The position numbers and the translations under genes are program-made. A stretch of DNA of 64,000 bases, from NCBI GenBank assembly GCA_018399745.1, contig JAGYNZ010000010.1:5416-69415 (forward strand), read 5' to 3'. The stretch comes from Deltaproteobacteria bacterium. Lineage in GTDB: Bacteria; Desulfobacterota; Dissulfuribacteria; Dissulfuribacterales; UBA3076. Below, in pieces: positions 40,140-49,780 of the stretch. Within the stretch, counting starts at the first letter, position 1, and the number at the start of each line of letters is the position of its first letter. The notes under the pieces are model-generated. The model ran no database searches, was not told the DNA's origin, and saw nothing but the letters and a program-made list of their open reading frames with translations.

Positions 40140-41792
40140 TTTCATGGCCTCTCTGAAGGCCTTTGCATAGTCTTCCGGGTAATGACCCGTGATCCATCTT
40201 TCCTGCCTTTCGCTGAAAGCACCTGGGGACCCAGGGAGCCTGGGCAGGAAGCAGTAAAAGAGACGCTGATCTTTATCTGGATTGTTAAAGCGTTTTGAAA
40301 TTTCGTAGGCCGTGACCATTTGGGCCCCCAGTCTGTCCAAAGTCCTGATTACGAGTTTGATGCAATGGTCCAGGGAGTTGCGCACCTCAGTATCTGCCTC
40401 AAGGACATTGCCCACAGGGCAGGTGGTCATAATCTGGACTTCGCCCTGGGAGCGCTGGGCTTTAGGAATATGGACCATGACGTCTTTGTCTTCATAGACA
40501 ATCAGGCTCGATGCCAGGTCTTCTTTCCCGTCCAAACGTTTATTGGAATGGATTGCCCTTAAATAGGTCCTAAAAAAAGGCTGTCCATAAGACTTTTTAT
40601 AAAGGGCCGCAAAAAGGGTCACCTGATCTCCCACTGCATAGGTGGGGATTGATTTTGACCCGGCCACTTCCATATCCGCGGATTTCACATTAGGGGGTAT
40701 CAGTGCAAATTGCTGATGAATCTGCTGGTGGGATGCATGTAATCTATAGCCTGACGGAGAGAAATCAAAGCCGTAGTTCCAGCCCCAAAGGGTGGCTGTA
40801 TAAGGCAGATCTTCTCCTTTCTTCGACCTGTTTGTCACTTCTTTTACAACCGACCTTCTCAAGGATTCAAGCTCAGAGACTGATAAGGTATTAAAATTTT
40901 CTGAAAAAATTCCTTTTACAATATTTAGGTTTAGGGCCATCTGAGTATATACCCGCTGGTAATAGAGATGACGCAGACCCGTTACATCTTCGGGAAGCAA
41001 TTCTTTTGCCCTGTATCTCACACAGTCATGGGCCATATTAGATGCATAATGACCCCAGGGGATGTAGCTGCCTGTTCTGAGATACTCCCATATATGAGTC
41101 CTGGGTTCAAATGCATACTCGCCGACAATCGGGCTGTTTCCCTGAATTCCAGGTATTAATAACATGGCCAGTTTGTATTTATCCGGACAGGCCATATTGT
41201 TACCCACTACCTCAAAGAGTTCTTGGTCAAGCAGAACCGGTTTAGGTCGGTTCTGTTCGTCGTTTTCATACTTTATGCCGACCGGCTCTTGGTTACTGTC
41301 GAGTTCAAACCGGCATGCCAAGTGTGCAATGGCCTTCAGGAGCTCTTGATCTTTGGATGTCTGCGCCAGAGACAAAAGAACTGTTCTCGGGAGATCTTTT
41401 AGTGAATAGATCTTTTCATCAGCACCTTTTAAGCATCCATTCAACAGGTCTTTCAGGAGTGGCGAAGATTTGACAGGTTCTTCATTGCCTCTTGTGAATC
41501 TGAATTGTTTAGGACTTTTCGAGAACTGTTCGGCCTGTTCGTAAAGTATGTATGTAGCACCCCAGAAAGGAAAGGCATTTGGTATCTCCCAGACCTTTCC
41601 GATATTATTAATAAAAATGTTGCCATGGGGGAAGTTGGCCTTATTATCGATTGTGTTGCCGTCTGAATCGTGGCCCAGCACCGCCGAGGTAACTGTCTGC
41701 CTGAGGTTTATAACCTTATAAGTCGGTTGGTGAAGGGCGCAAATAAAGACCCCTGATGGATCTATACAGGTGCGAAGAATATCCTGCTTCAC
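40122..41792 (-). CDS. Hypothetical protein with GalT/HIT-like C-terminal half
   Basis: WGWNYG...LHASHQQIHQQF resembles GalT N.G..GASxxHPHxQ; LIVYED..VMVHIP.AQRSQGEVQI resembles the second GalT domain. Confidence 0.55.
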   Translation of the reverse strand: MKQDILRTCIDPSGVFICALHQPTYKVINLRQTVTSAVLGHDSDGNTIDNKANFPHGNIFINNIGKVWEIPNAFPFWGATYILYEQAEQFSKSPKQFRFTRGNEEPVKSSPLLKDLLNGCLKGADEKIYSLKDLPRTVLLSLAQTSKDQELLKAIAHLACRFELDSNQEPVGIKYENDEQNRPKPVLLDQELFEVVGNNMACPDKYKLAMLLIPGIQGNSPIVGEYAFEPRTHIWEYLRTGSYIPWGHYASNMAHDCVRYRAKELLPEDVTGLRHLYYQRVYTQMALNLNIVKGIFSENFNTLSVSELESLRRSVVKEVTNRSKKGEDLPYTATLWGWNYGFDFSPSGYRLHASHQQIHQQFALIPPNVKSADMEVAGSKSIPTYAVGDQVTLFAALYKKSYGQPFFRTYLRAIHSNKRLDGKEDLASSLIVYEDKDVMVHIPKAQRSQGEVQIMTTCPVGNVLEADTEVRNSLDHCIKLVIRTLDRLGAQMVTAYEISKRFNNPDKDQRLFYCFLPRLPGSPGAFSERQERWITGHYPEDYAKAFREAMKSVESD

Positions 41793-42118
41793 ATCAATTC
41801 ACTCCTGTTAAATGCTCTGTAAGTTGTCTTGATTAGAATACCCATATCCTTTTACGATTCTAGAGTCAAGTTACAAACAGCCTACAAACGGTATAGAATT
41901 TCGAGAGCTAATGGTTCACCTTTCATTCAGGTTCACCTTTTCTTCGTCTGGCAGAATTTTTTCCAAGCAGTATGATATATTATGTTGGGGGATGAAGGTC
42001 GCGACTGATTCAGCAAATAGTAGTTTAATTTATCTAAATTTTCCCTAATTTCTTTTCGCAGAATATGTCAGTATCTGAAAGGTAACGGTAAATTGAAATA
42101 TTCAGAACGGGGAGACGC

Positions 42119-42727
42119 ATGAAACTGCCAAGGCCGAAATTGAACGGAAAGGTTTCTTTAGAGACCGCCATTAATCGACGCAGGACCATCAGATCTTTTA
42201 CTGCCGAGCCTCTTTCATTGGAACAATATTCACAGATTTTCTGGGCGGCTCAGGGTGTCACGGAGGACAGGGGTTTTAAGAGGGCTGCCCCTTCGGGCGG
42301 AGCCCTGTATCCCAATGATATTTATTCCGTTGTCGGTGAGAATTGTGTTAACGGACTGAAAAGCGGAGTCTATCATTATGACCCAAAGGATCATGCTGTT
42401 TCGTTAGTATTCGAAGGAGATCTGAGAAATAAGGTGGCCATGGCGGCCTTGTCACAAACGTGGATATCGACTGCCCCTATAAATATTTTGATCACTGCTG
42501 AATATCGCCGGATCACGAGCAAATATGGTAAAAGGGGTAAGAGATACGCCATTATTGAGGCCGGTCATATAGGGCAAAATATCTTGCTTCAATCAGAAGC
42601 AATGGGTTTGGGGGCCGGCATAGTCGGGGCCTTTCACGATGAAAAATTAAGACAGGTCGTCAATATTTTCCCGAATCATGAACCACTTCTGATATTGCCT
42701 GTGGGATATAGAACTTTGGAAGTATAG
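42119..42727 (+). CDS. SagB/ThcOx-family nitroreductase-like oxidoreductase
   Basis: RRRTIRSF, RAAPSGGALYP, KYG.RG.RY..IEAGH.GQN and GAF.D motifs. Confidence 0.9.
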   Translation: MKLPRPKLNGKVSLETAINRRRTIRSFTAEPLSLEQYSQIFWAAQGVTEDRGFKRAAPSGGALYPNDIYSVVGENCVNGLKSGVYHYDPKDHAVSLVFEGDLRNKVAMAALSQTWISTAPINILITAEYRRITSKYGKRGKRYAIIEAGHIGQNILLQSEAMGLGAGIVGAFHDEKLRQVVNIFPNHEPLLILPVGYRTLEV

Positions 42728-42761
42728 GATATTATTCTCAAATTTATTGAATTTTTTGTTT

Positions 42762-43166
42762 TTATAATGTTCCCCTGGGTATATGGACGATATATCCCTC
42801 ATCTTTTTCCAGTACTCTGACCTGGAATCTGGAAAGATCCTTATCCGCCGGGCCCGACAGGTATTTACCATCCCAGGCAAAACGGCTCTGGTGACAGGGG
42901 CAGAGAAATTCCTTGTCCGCCTCTCTATAATTGATAATACAGCCTAAATGCGTGCAACTTCGGGATACTGCCAAAGGTCCTTGATCGGTTTCGAACAAGG
43001 CGAACTGGGGCTCAAGCAAAAATTCACCAGGCTTTAGTTTGCCTCTCAAACGGACTTCTATGGGTGGACGAAATCGTTTTTTTGTCACAAAGGCATAAAC
43101 AGGATAGATGAGCCCCAGGCCAAGGGCCCAAATACCTGCCTTTTTCAGAAAGTCGCGGCGGATCAT
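42762..43166 (-). CDS. Tat-exported small Rieske [2Fe-2S] protein
   Basis: RRDFLK Tat motif plus TM helix; CTHLGC and CPCHQSRF. Confidence 0.92.
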   Translation of the reverse strand: MIRRDFLKKAGIWALGLGLIYPVYAFVTKKRFRPPIEVRLRGKLKPGEFLLEPQFALFETDQGPLAVSRSCTHLGCIINYREADKEFLCPCHQSRFAWDGKYLSGPADKDLSRFQVRVLEKDEGYIVHIPRGTL

Positions 43167-43242
43167 CTGGCATTACACCGGGGAAAATACTTAAATATTG
43201 TTTTATCAAAAGAACGCGGCATTTGATGTGTTTTCAGAGAGA

Positions 43243-43464
43243 TTATTTGCGGCATATGAAAAATATCAGGGTAAGGACTATACTCAGAAGTATGGAAGTG
43301 GTGAGAGGGAAATAGAGAGTGAAATTGTCTCGCCTGATTACGAAGTCTCCAGGAAGCTTGCCCAGAAGGGGGATCTTGGGACCTAACATCAGAAACAGTC
43401 CTAATGCCGCAACAACTATTCCTAAAATCAACAGCATTTTACCGAATTCAGGCAAGAAATTCAT
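43243..43464 (-). CDS. DUF2905 family small membrane protein
   Basis: GK.L...G, LG.LPGD..I....F..YFP.TTSI..S motifs. Confidence 0.85.
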   Translation of the reverse strand: MNFLPEFGKMLLILGIVVAALGLFLMLGPKIPLLGKLPGDFVIRRDNFTLYFPLTTSILLSIVLTLIFFICRK

Positions 43465-43518
43465 TATTTTTTACACATCTATTTTAAAAAGTTTAATTCA
43501 TGAGTTCAGATTAAAAAT

Positions 43519-44127
43519 CTAACACCCAACTTCGAAGAAATTCGAGGTGGATGTCTGTTTTGTCAATAATTTTTTCTGTAATCGTTTTGCCCTTTTACTG
43601 TAGCGCTCTTCTTCGCTATAGATACAGCCACAATATGGTTGTCTGTAGATCCCGAGTTTTTTTAAGAGCTCTATACCTTCTACCCAGCCATCACGAAAGT
43701 CCCGGTAATAGAATTCTATTCCATATTTAGCGGCAAGCTCTTTACCCATATTATGGATAAGGTCATGTCTCTGGTAACGACTGTAAAGGAGAGTTGTGCT
43801 GAAAGCGGGCAGCCCAAGTTTTACCGTCTTCCGTGCGGCAGCCTCCAGACGAATGCGGTAGCACACCGGACAGCGTTCATCAGGCTCCTGCCTTGTACCT
43901 ATTTTATTCAGCCAGTCTCTGAGCCCATATCCGGACTCATCCCAAAGCACCGGGAATTTGAATTTTTCTGAAGCCGTTTCCAAAGCCTCAATTCTGCGTT
44001 CGTATTCCCTGAATGGGTGGATATTGGGGTTGTAGAAATAGACAAGTGCATTGTTACCCTCTTTTCGAAGTTCGTTGACAGGGTACAGAGTGCAGGGCCC
44101 GCAGCATGTATGAAGAAGAATTTCCAT
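43519..44127 (-). CDS. queH: Epoxyqueuosine reductase QueH
   Basis: LLHTCCGPC, FYNPNIHP..EY.RR, RC..CY..RL, FSTTL and YRQ.YCGC.YS motifs. Confidence 0.93.
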   Translation of the reverse strand: MEILLHTCCGPCTLYPVNELRKEGNNALVYFYNPNIHPFREYERRIEALETASEKFKFPVLWDESGYGLRDWLNKIGTRQEPDERCPVCYRIRLEAAARKTVKLGLPAFSTTLLYSRYQRHDLIHNMGKELAAKYGIEFYYRDFRDGWVEGIELLKKLGIYRQPYCGCIYSEEERYSKRAKRLQKKLLTKQTSTSNFFEVGC

Positions 44128-44442
44128 TCAAAATACCAGGACTTTATCCGCCTCCATAGACAATTCATAGAGGTCATCCATCCATCCGATAGGGCAAGTG
44201 CTTGATCCCTCCAGACCGTGGGATTTCGCGCAGACGCCTCAGACATAAAAATCTCCTTCAAACATGTTGATTTGCCCCATTACGTCAAAATTTTTGTCTC
44301 CGCTCTTTTCAAAAAGGACACCTTTCCCGAGCATGAATACACTGATTTCATCACCCTTTTTTACGCCGAGATTCGCCAGCCTCATCGCATTGTAAATGCT
44401 TTCGCCGTCCTCGATACTTATAATTATAAGGACCTTTCTCAT
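44128..44442 (-). CDS. Selenocysteine-containing DsrE/DsrF-like protein (UxxC), Sec68, 104 aa
   Basis: TGA 44241-44239 gives FYVUGVCAKSHG (DsrE-type C-G-x-C), and the frame continues to ...MDDLYELSMEADKVLVF*, the typical DsrE C-terminus. Confidence 0.85.
44205..44224 (-). promoter_or_regulatory. Putative SECIS hairpin (DsrE-like)
   Basis: ATCCCA-CGGTC-TG(GA)GGGAT bulged stem, GG at +22/+23. Confidence 0.55.
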
Positions 44443-45058
44443 GTGACCCCCTTAGTTTTTGTGCAGGCTATGATCAAAAAAACTAAAATTTGTGATCAGA
44501 TACTAGAAATTATTAGTACAAACTGTAAATTTTAACAACAAGATCGGCCGATATAAAAAAAGAAAAGAAATCAAATATAGATACGTCTTTCAACTCATTC
44601 GATGCCATTATTTTTCATATTTTGAATTTTCCTTACCATGCGGTTTAAGATTCCTGGTTTGGCGGCGGACCCCAATGACCGGCTCCAGTTTTTTCATAAG
44701 CAATGGAAGACATGTATAAAGCGAGCCTAGTTGCAATGTTGCCGAACCAAAAAATGCTCTAAAATCCATATGCAGATTCTTGTCTTTGAGGGCATTTTTA
44801 TTGATTTTTCTGCCATATTGTTTAACTGCCAGGGGCTTTGTCTGCAATCTCAGAATTGATGTATTTTTTTTTGACCTTTCCTTTAAATTATGATAGTCTT
44901 CACTTATTTGTTTAGACCTGTGTATTGATAAATGGAATACATAAAAAGTTGATGCTCGTGTATTTTTATAGATAATTTTTTATGAAATACCTATCAGTTA
45001 ATATATCAAATAGCCAGATATTTTATTCAATCCGTCATTAGTAAAAAGGAGGTTTTTT

Positions 45059-46426
45059 ATGGGAGTTTTGAGGATTGTAACTGTTTTGTTTTTTGCAGGC
45101 TGTGTTTGGTCCTCTTATGGACTTTGCGGCACAGAGCCTGCGGAGGTTCCCAAGGCCAAGACTATCGCCGAGCTGGCTGCTCGCTATGATGCGAGTTCTT
45201 GTGGGGAATGTCACGAAGAGCAATATGAACAGTGGGAGAATTCACTTCACGCCGTTTCTATCCTGGGCACTCCACGTACAGCCCCGACCGTACTGACCAG
45301 CGTAGATATGGGCCTGAAGTTGTTCCCTTATTCAGGCGTGAAAACGGACGAAGATGTCGAAGTCCGTCATCTCATGATGTGCGCCAAGTGTCATCTGCCT
45401 CAACTGGATGAGGCAACGGATGATGTGGCCAGGGAAATCGTCAAGACCATAAGAGACTGGATGAGTGCAAGCAGAAAGGCATATGACGATGAGGCATATG
45501 AAGATGTAGCGGATGAACTTCAGGAAAAAATAGCAAGCCTGAATATCAGCTGTTTGGTCTGTCATAACAAGAAGGCCATTATCCACAAATGGATGGATGG
45601 CTATCCCCAGCCGGATACAATTTATGCATTGCAAGAGGGTGAACATGATCACCCTGACTTTAACAAACTTGGTAAGGCCCCGGCCCTGAATGAGTCCATA
45701 TTCTGCGGTCAGTGTCATGGTTTGGGACCCAATTTTGAACTGGATGAGCCTTCCCAGTGCGCCACGGCGTATGGTAGCTATCTCTTTGCTTATATACCCG
45801 AGGGAGGGTCTCACACTTGCCAGGAATGTCATATGCACAAATCCGGTCTGGGCCACGATATGCAGGCCTACCGGAATGAGACAATGATCAAGATGGCCTT
45901 TGATGTCGAAGTCGATGCCATGTCACTTTTCTGGCGCAAAGACAGTGTAGAAGGCGTGATTCCTCTTGGAATAATTAATGTAGAGATCTATAATAAGTCA
46001 GGCCATGCCATTCCCGACGGCTGACCCACCCCCAACAGGCTGGTCCTGGATGTGACCGCAAAGACAGTAGAAGGGGAAGAGGAAAAACAAATCTATAATG
46101 ATCAGGTCATCTACATGCCTTACCCCGGACGTTTTGGCAGGGGGTCAGAAATGGGAAGAGGACCTTATGAGAAGTGCGGTTTGTTGAGAGATACCTGCAT
46201 ACCGCCTCTAAAGAAGGTCAAGGAAGTCTTTGAGATACCTTTCCCATATGCCGATGTGGAGAAAGACGGTAAGAAGACCAGGGAACTTAGCGCAGATGAG
46301 CTTTTAGTGGAGGTCAAGCTGTGGTACGTACCCTTTGGTGAATTTACAGATTGCTGGAATAACGTAGTATTCTTTGAAGAAGAAAAGAAGATAGAACTCA
46401 AGGACGAGTGGGTCTGGAGAGACTAG
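45059..46426 (+). CDS. extKL: Selenocysteine-containing pentaheme c-type cytochrome (ExtKL/MHSEP-like), Sec322, 455 aa
   Basis: Five CxxCH motifs (CGECH, CAKCH, CLVCH, CGQCH, CQECH); TGA 46022-46024 in GHAIPDGUPTPNR, in frame with ORF 46052..46426; N-terminal signal with a possible lipobox (FAGC). Confidence 0.85.
46039..46059 (+). promoter_or_regulatory. Putative SECIS hairpin (cytochrome)
   Basis: GC(T)GGTC-CTGGATGT-GACCGC, with GGA starting at +24. Confidence 0.6.
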
Positions 46427-46442
46427 ACCAAGAAATCTGTTC

Positions 46443-46474
46443 CTGCAGACCGGCTTTTTTGTGCCGGTCTGCAG
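46443..46474. terminator. Hairpin between convergent genes (likely terminator)
   Basis: CTGCAGACCGGC-N8-GCCGGTCTGCAG perfect 12-bp inverted repeat. Confidence 0.75.
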
Positions 46475-46480
46475 ATCTAT

Positions 46481-48094
46481 TTAGCTTTCAACACCGATAC
46501 CCTCAGTGTGTTTGGGAAGATGCAGGGTAAAGGTAGAACCATTGTCCTGTTCAGAATCCACCTTAATATCACCATTCCATTCATGAACGAGCCTATGTAC
46601 TATTGCCAGGCCTAATCCTGTTCCGTCCGGACGAGTAGAGAAGAAAGGATTGAATACTTTTGGAAGGTCCTCCGGCTTTATACCGGTTCCGTTGTCTGAT
46701 ATTTTAAGAATAAAGTGATCTTCTTCTCCATTCTTTCCATTGATTGATATTCTTCCGTCTGTATACGGCAGTGCCTGATACGCATTCAGCAGGAGGTTCA
46801 GAACGACCTGTCTGAACTGAGAGGGATCCACCTCGAATTTTAGATTCGCCGGTATATTCCTTTCAATATCTGCGTTGGGTAGTTTTTTTCTTTGTTTTAT
46901 CATGGAAATAACCGATTCAATTTCTTCCAGCAGAGATACGTTTTGGATCTTTCTCCCCTCTGGTTTCGCATAGAGAAGAAAAGACTTGGTAATATCATTC
47001 AAATGGTCGCTTTCTCTACTAATAATCTTTAGCAGCCTTCTTTCTTCAGGATGCAGCATTGCCGATTCTTCCAGAAACTGAGCTGCCCCAGACAGCGATG
47101 CCAGGGGGTTTCTTATTTCATGAGCGAGTCCCGCGGCCATTTCACCCAGGGCGGCAAGACGATCCATACGTTGAAATTGCTCTTCCCTTGCCTTTATCTC
47201 CGTAATATCTTGAAAGATTATTCCATATCCAAGGCGTTGTTCTTTATAGCCTTTTAACAAAAAAATAGATGTCCCGAGGAATCCGGGTGAGCCTTGGGGA
47301 GTTGTATGGCTTACTTCCTGTCTTTTACTCTCTCTGCCGTTCCTGAAATTCTTCAGTAGCTCTGCCCCGGTTTGCCAGAATTCTTGTAGGGGTTGCCCGT
47401 ATCCATTAATGATTTTCTGCCCGAGGATATTAATAGCCGCATGATTAAAGAATGTTATATTTTCTTTCTCATCTACTGTGATCAGACCTGACTGGATGCT
47501 TTCCGCAAGATGGTGATGGATCTCCTCCATACGGCACAGATCTACTCTGGTATCTGACAGCTTTTTTTCCGTATAATGGAGGCGTCTCGCAAGGACAATT
47601 CCTAAAGATGCAATGATGTTAAATGAGGCTATGGTGATAAAGAAAATATATAAAGTCTCATTAAATCCGTTTTTGGGAATATCATAGAGCCAGAGAAGAG
47701 CGGCATAGCTGATGATACAAAGGAAGGTTGATAGAGCACCCTCCTTTTGACTTCCAAGAATACATGCCGCGAGAATGGCAACCGGATACAGGAATACCAG
47801 CGGACTTTCAAACCCGCCGGTCCAGAATACGGCGAGATTAACCAGTATGACGTCAAAGAGTGTCTGGGTATACAAGAGCCATTTATTCAGGCCTTTCTTT
47901 TCGTACCATATAGTATAAACAGCAGTAAGAAAAAATGCCCCTCCCAGGATCAGGGACAATTGAGTCATTTTGACAAAGGAATCGGCAAAATGTTTGCACT
48001 GAAGGTAGGTGATGCATAGCAGCAGAAGCAGTATAGTCAGCCGGCCTGCAATGAGACGGTAAAACAGGCGACTATTTAAAGTCTTAAAGGGCAT
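46481..48094 (-). CDS. pilS: PilS-like membrane sensor histidine kinase (PAS, HisKA, HATPase)
   Basis: Multiple TM segments with TGG.ESP..FLY; AHEIRNPL, NLLLNA, DNG.GI and GTGLGL motifs. Confidence 0.8.
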   Translation of the reverse strand: MPFKTLNSRLFYRLIAGRLTILLLLLCITYLQCKHFADSFVKMTQLSLILGGAFFLTAVYTIWYEKKGLNKWLLYTQTLFDVILVNLAVFWTGGFESPLVFLYPVAILAACILGSQKEGALSTFLCIISYAALLWLYDIPKNGFNETLYIFFITIASFNIIASLGIVLARRLHYTEKKLSDTRVDLCRMEEIHHHLAESIQSGLITVDEKENITFFNHAAINILGQKIINGYGQPLQEFWQTGAELLKNFRNGRESKRQEVSHTTPQGSPGFLGTSIFLLKGYKEQRLGYGIIFQDITEIKAREEQFQRMDRLAALGEMAAGLAHEIRNPLASLSGAAQFLEESAMLHPEERRLLKIISRESDHLNDITKSFLLYAKPEGRKIQNVSLLEEIESVISMIKQRKKLPNADIERNIPANLKFEVDPSQFRQVVLNLLLNAYQALPYTDGRISINGKNGEEDHFILKISDNGTGIKPEDLPKVFNPFFSTRPDGTGLGLAIVHRLVHEWNGDIKVDSEQDNGSTFTLHLPKHTEGIGVES

Positions 48095-49514
48095 ACTTGG
48101 ATAGACGATATCTAAAGGATCTGAAGTTAAGCCCTAAAATATTGGCGGCTTCTGTCTTCGCCCCATTTGTCATCTCGAGCGCCTTTTTCAGAAGAGTTTT
48201 TTCTATATAATTAAGGAACTGTTCAAGGTCTAAACCTTCGGGTCCCAGATACGGTTCATAAGAAAAAGGGCTGTATTCAACGGATTTTTGCTGCTTAAAT
48301 TCAGCCAGAGACAGGCTTTCAGGAAGCAGAAGATTTGATGTAGCAAGGGCGACACTTCTTTCTATAATATTTTCCAGTTCTCTCACGTTTCCAGGAAACG
48401 AGTATTTCTGTAATGCATCCATTGCAAAGCTGGATATTCCCTGTACGGCCTTATTTTGTTCTTTAGAATACTTGTCCAGAAAGTACTGGACCAAGAGGGG
48501 GATGTCTTCAGTACGTTCTCTTAATGGCGGCATACGAATGGGGATTACATTCAGTCTATAATACAGGTCTTCTCTGAATCGCTCGTTTATTACTTCCTTT
48601 TCCAGGTCACGATTAGTGGCTGCTAATATCCGTACATCCACCTTTCTTTCATTGGTATCGCCAAGAGATGTAAAAGACTTCTGCTGCACCACTCTCAACA
48701 GTTTGACCTGTAAGGTCATAGGCAGTTCTCCGATTTCATCCAGAAAAATAGTACCTTGATTGGCTATGGCAAACAGGCCCTGTTTTTCACGGTTAGCTCC
48801 GGTAAATGCCCCTTTTTTGTGGCCGAACAGCTCGCTCTCAAGGAGGTTCTCCGGAATACCTCCGCAGTTAATAACGACAAATGGCCGGTCTTTGCGGACT
48901 CCGAGGTTATGAATGGCTCGTGCGGCAAGCTCCTTCCCTGTGCCGCTTTCACCGGATATGAGTACACTGGAGGGACTGGAAGCTATCCTGGGTATTAATT
49001 GAAATATTTTCAGCATGACCGGGCTTTTGGTCAACATATTGTCAAGCTTATAAATCCTGTCAGCAACATCTCTGATCAAAGAAGGGGACTTTTGCCTTGT
49101 TTCAAGGGCTTTTCCAACGACCTCTCTAATTTCTTCCAGCCGAAAGGGCTTGGTAAGATAATCCCAGGCCCCTTCTTTCATCGCGGCCATTGCATTATCC
49201 AGGGAGGCAAAGGCCGTAATCAGTATTACCGGGACATCCGCATGCTTAGTCTTAATTTCCTTTAATAGAGTCATTCCGTCGATGCCTGGCATCTTAACGT
49301 CACTTATAACCAGAGATATATCTTCTTTCTCCATGAGACGAAGGGCCTTTTCTCCATTGGATGCTGAAAATGTCTCGCAACCTTCTTTGGCAAGCAGTAT
49401 CTCCAGAAATTCCCTGAGGCTTTGGTCGTCATCAACTATCAGAATTTTGGGTCTGGTATCACCCTGGCTATCCGTCGTTCCTTTAGAAAAATTTTCAGGA
49501 TGCACAGAACTCAT
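48084..49514 (-). CDS. pilR: PilR-like sigma-54-dependent response regulator
   Basis: Receiver domain, GESGTGKE, GAFTGA, RFREDLYYRLNV and HTH ending FRSFRYRL.K typical of PilR. Confidence 0.82.
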   Translation of the reverse strand: MSSVHPENFSKGTTDSQGDTRPKILIVDDDQSLREFLEILLAKEGCETFSASNGEKALRLMEKEDISLVISDVKMPGIDGMTLLKEIKTKHADVPVILITAFASLDNAMAAMKEGAWDYLTKPFRLEEIREVVGKALETRQKSPSLIRDVADRIYKLDNMLTKSPVMLKIFQLIPRIASSPSSVLISGESGTGKELAARAIHNLGVRKDRPFVVINCGGIPENLLESELFGHKKGAFTGANREKQGLFAIANQGTIFLDEIGELPMTLQVKLLRVVQQKSFTSLGDTNERKVDVRILAATNRDLEKEVINERFREDLYYRLNVIPIRMPPLRERTEDIPLLVQYFLDKYSKEQNKAVQGISSFAMDALQKYSFPGNVRELENIIERSVALATSNLLLPESLSLAEFKQQKSVEYSPFSYEPYLGPEGLDLEQFLNYIEKTLLKKALEMTNGAKTEAANILGLNFRSFRYRLSKYAL

Positions 49515-49697
49515 GTAGGTACCTCCGACATAAAAATTCACACACCTTGACCTCAGCCTCTTTGCTATATGGGGATGTACAATATCTTTCGCAGTACTTA
49601 TCGACAGAATGGAGAGAGACGTTGAATGTATAACGTCTTGAAACGGGTGTATTCGGCCATGCCGTTCCGAAAAGCGACTCCCGAAAGCGGCAGAACC

Positions 49698-49780
49698 CTA
49701 AAGTGCTTAAAGTTTGGTCATGCTATATGATCTTTTGCGTTGCATATAGCAAAGCGATTAATCAATTTCAGGCACTTTAG
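49698..49780. repeat. Nested inverted repeat element overlapping the pyrC stop
   Basis: ctaaagtgcttaaagtt / aatttcaggcactttag (14/17 complementary) enclosing tgctatatg / catatagca (9/9). Confidence 0.7.

Noticed and set aside
44128-44130. Possible Sec read-through fusing the DsrE-like protein to QueH (TGA followed in frame by ATG)
   Set aside because: The TGA follows the normal DsrE C-terminus (ADKVLVF), is not at a Cys-equivalent position, and has no convincing hairpin with a loop G at +21 to +24.
44600-44860. GC-richer intergenic patch or 79-aa ORF upstream of the DsrE-like gene, checked as a c-di-GMP or other riboswitch
   Set aside because: Lacks the GGCAAAC/GNRA/GACGCAAAG core on either strand; the ORF has no RBS or recognisable motif.
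44930-45000. LysR-type boxes upstream of the selenocytochrome (and of selD at ~57050)
   Set aside because: Only degenerate matches with wrong spacing in AT-rich DNA; not distinguishable from chance by eye.
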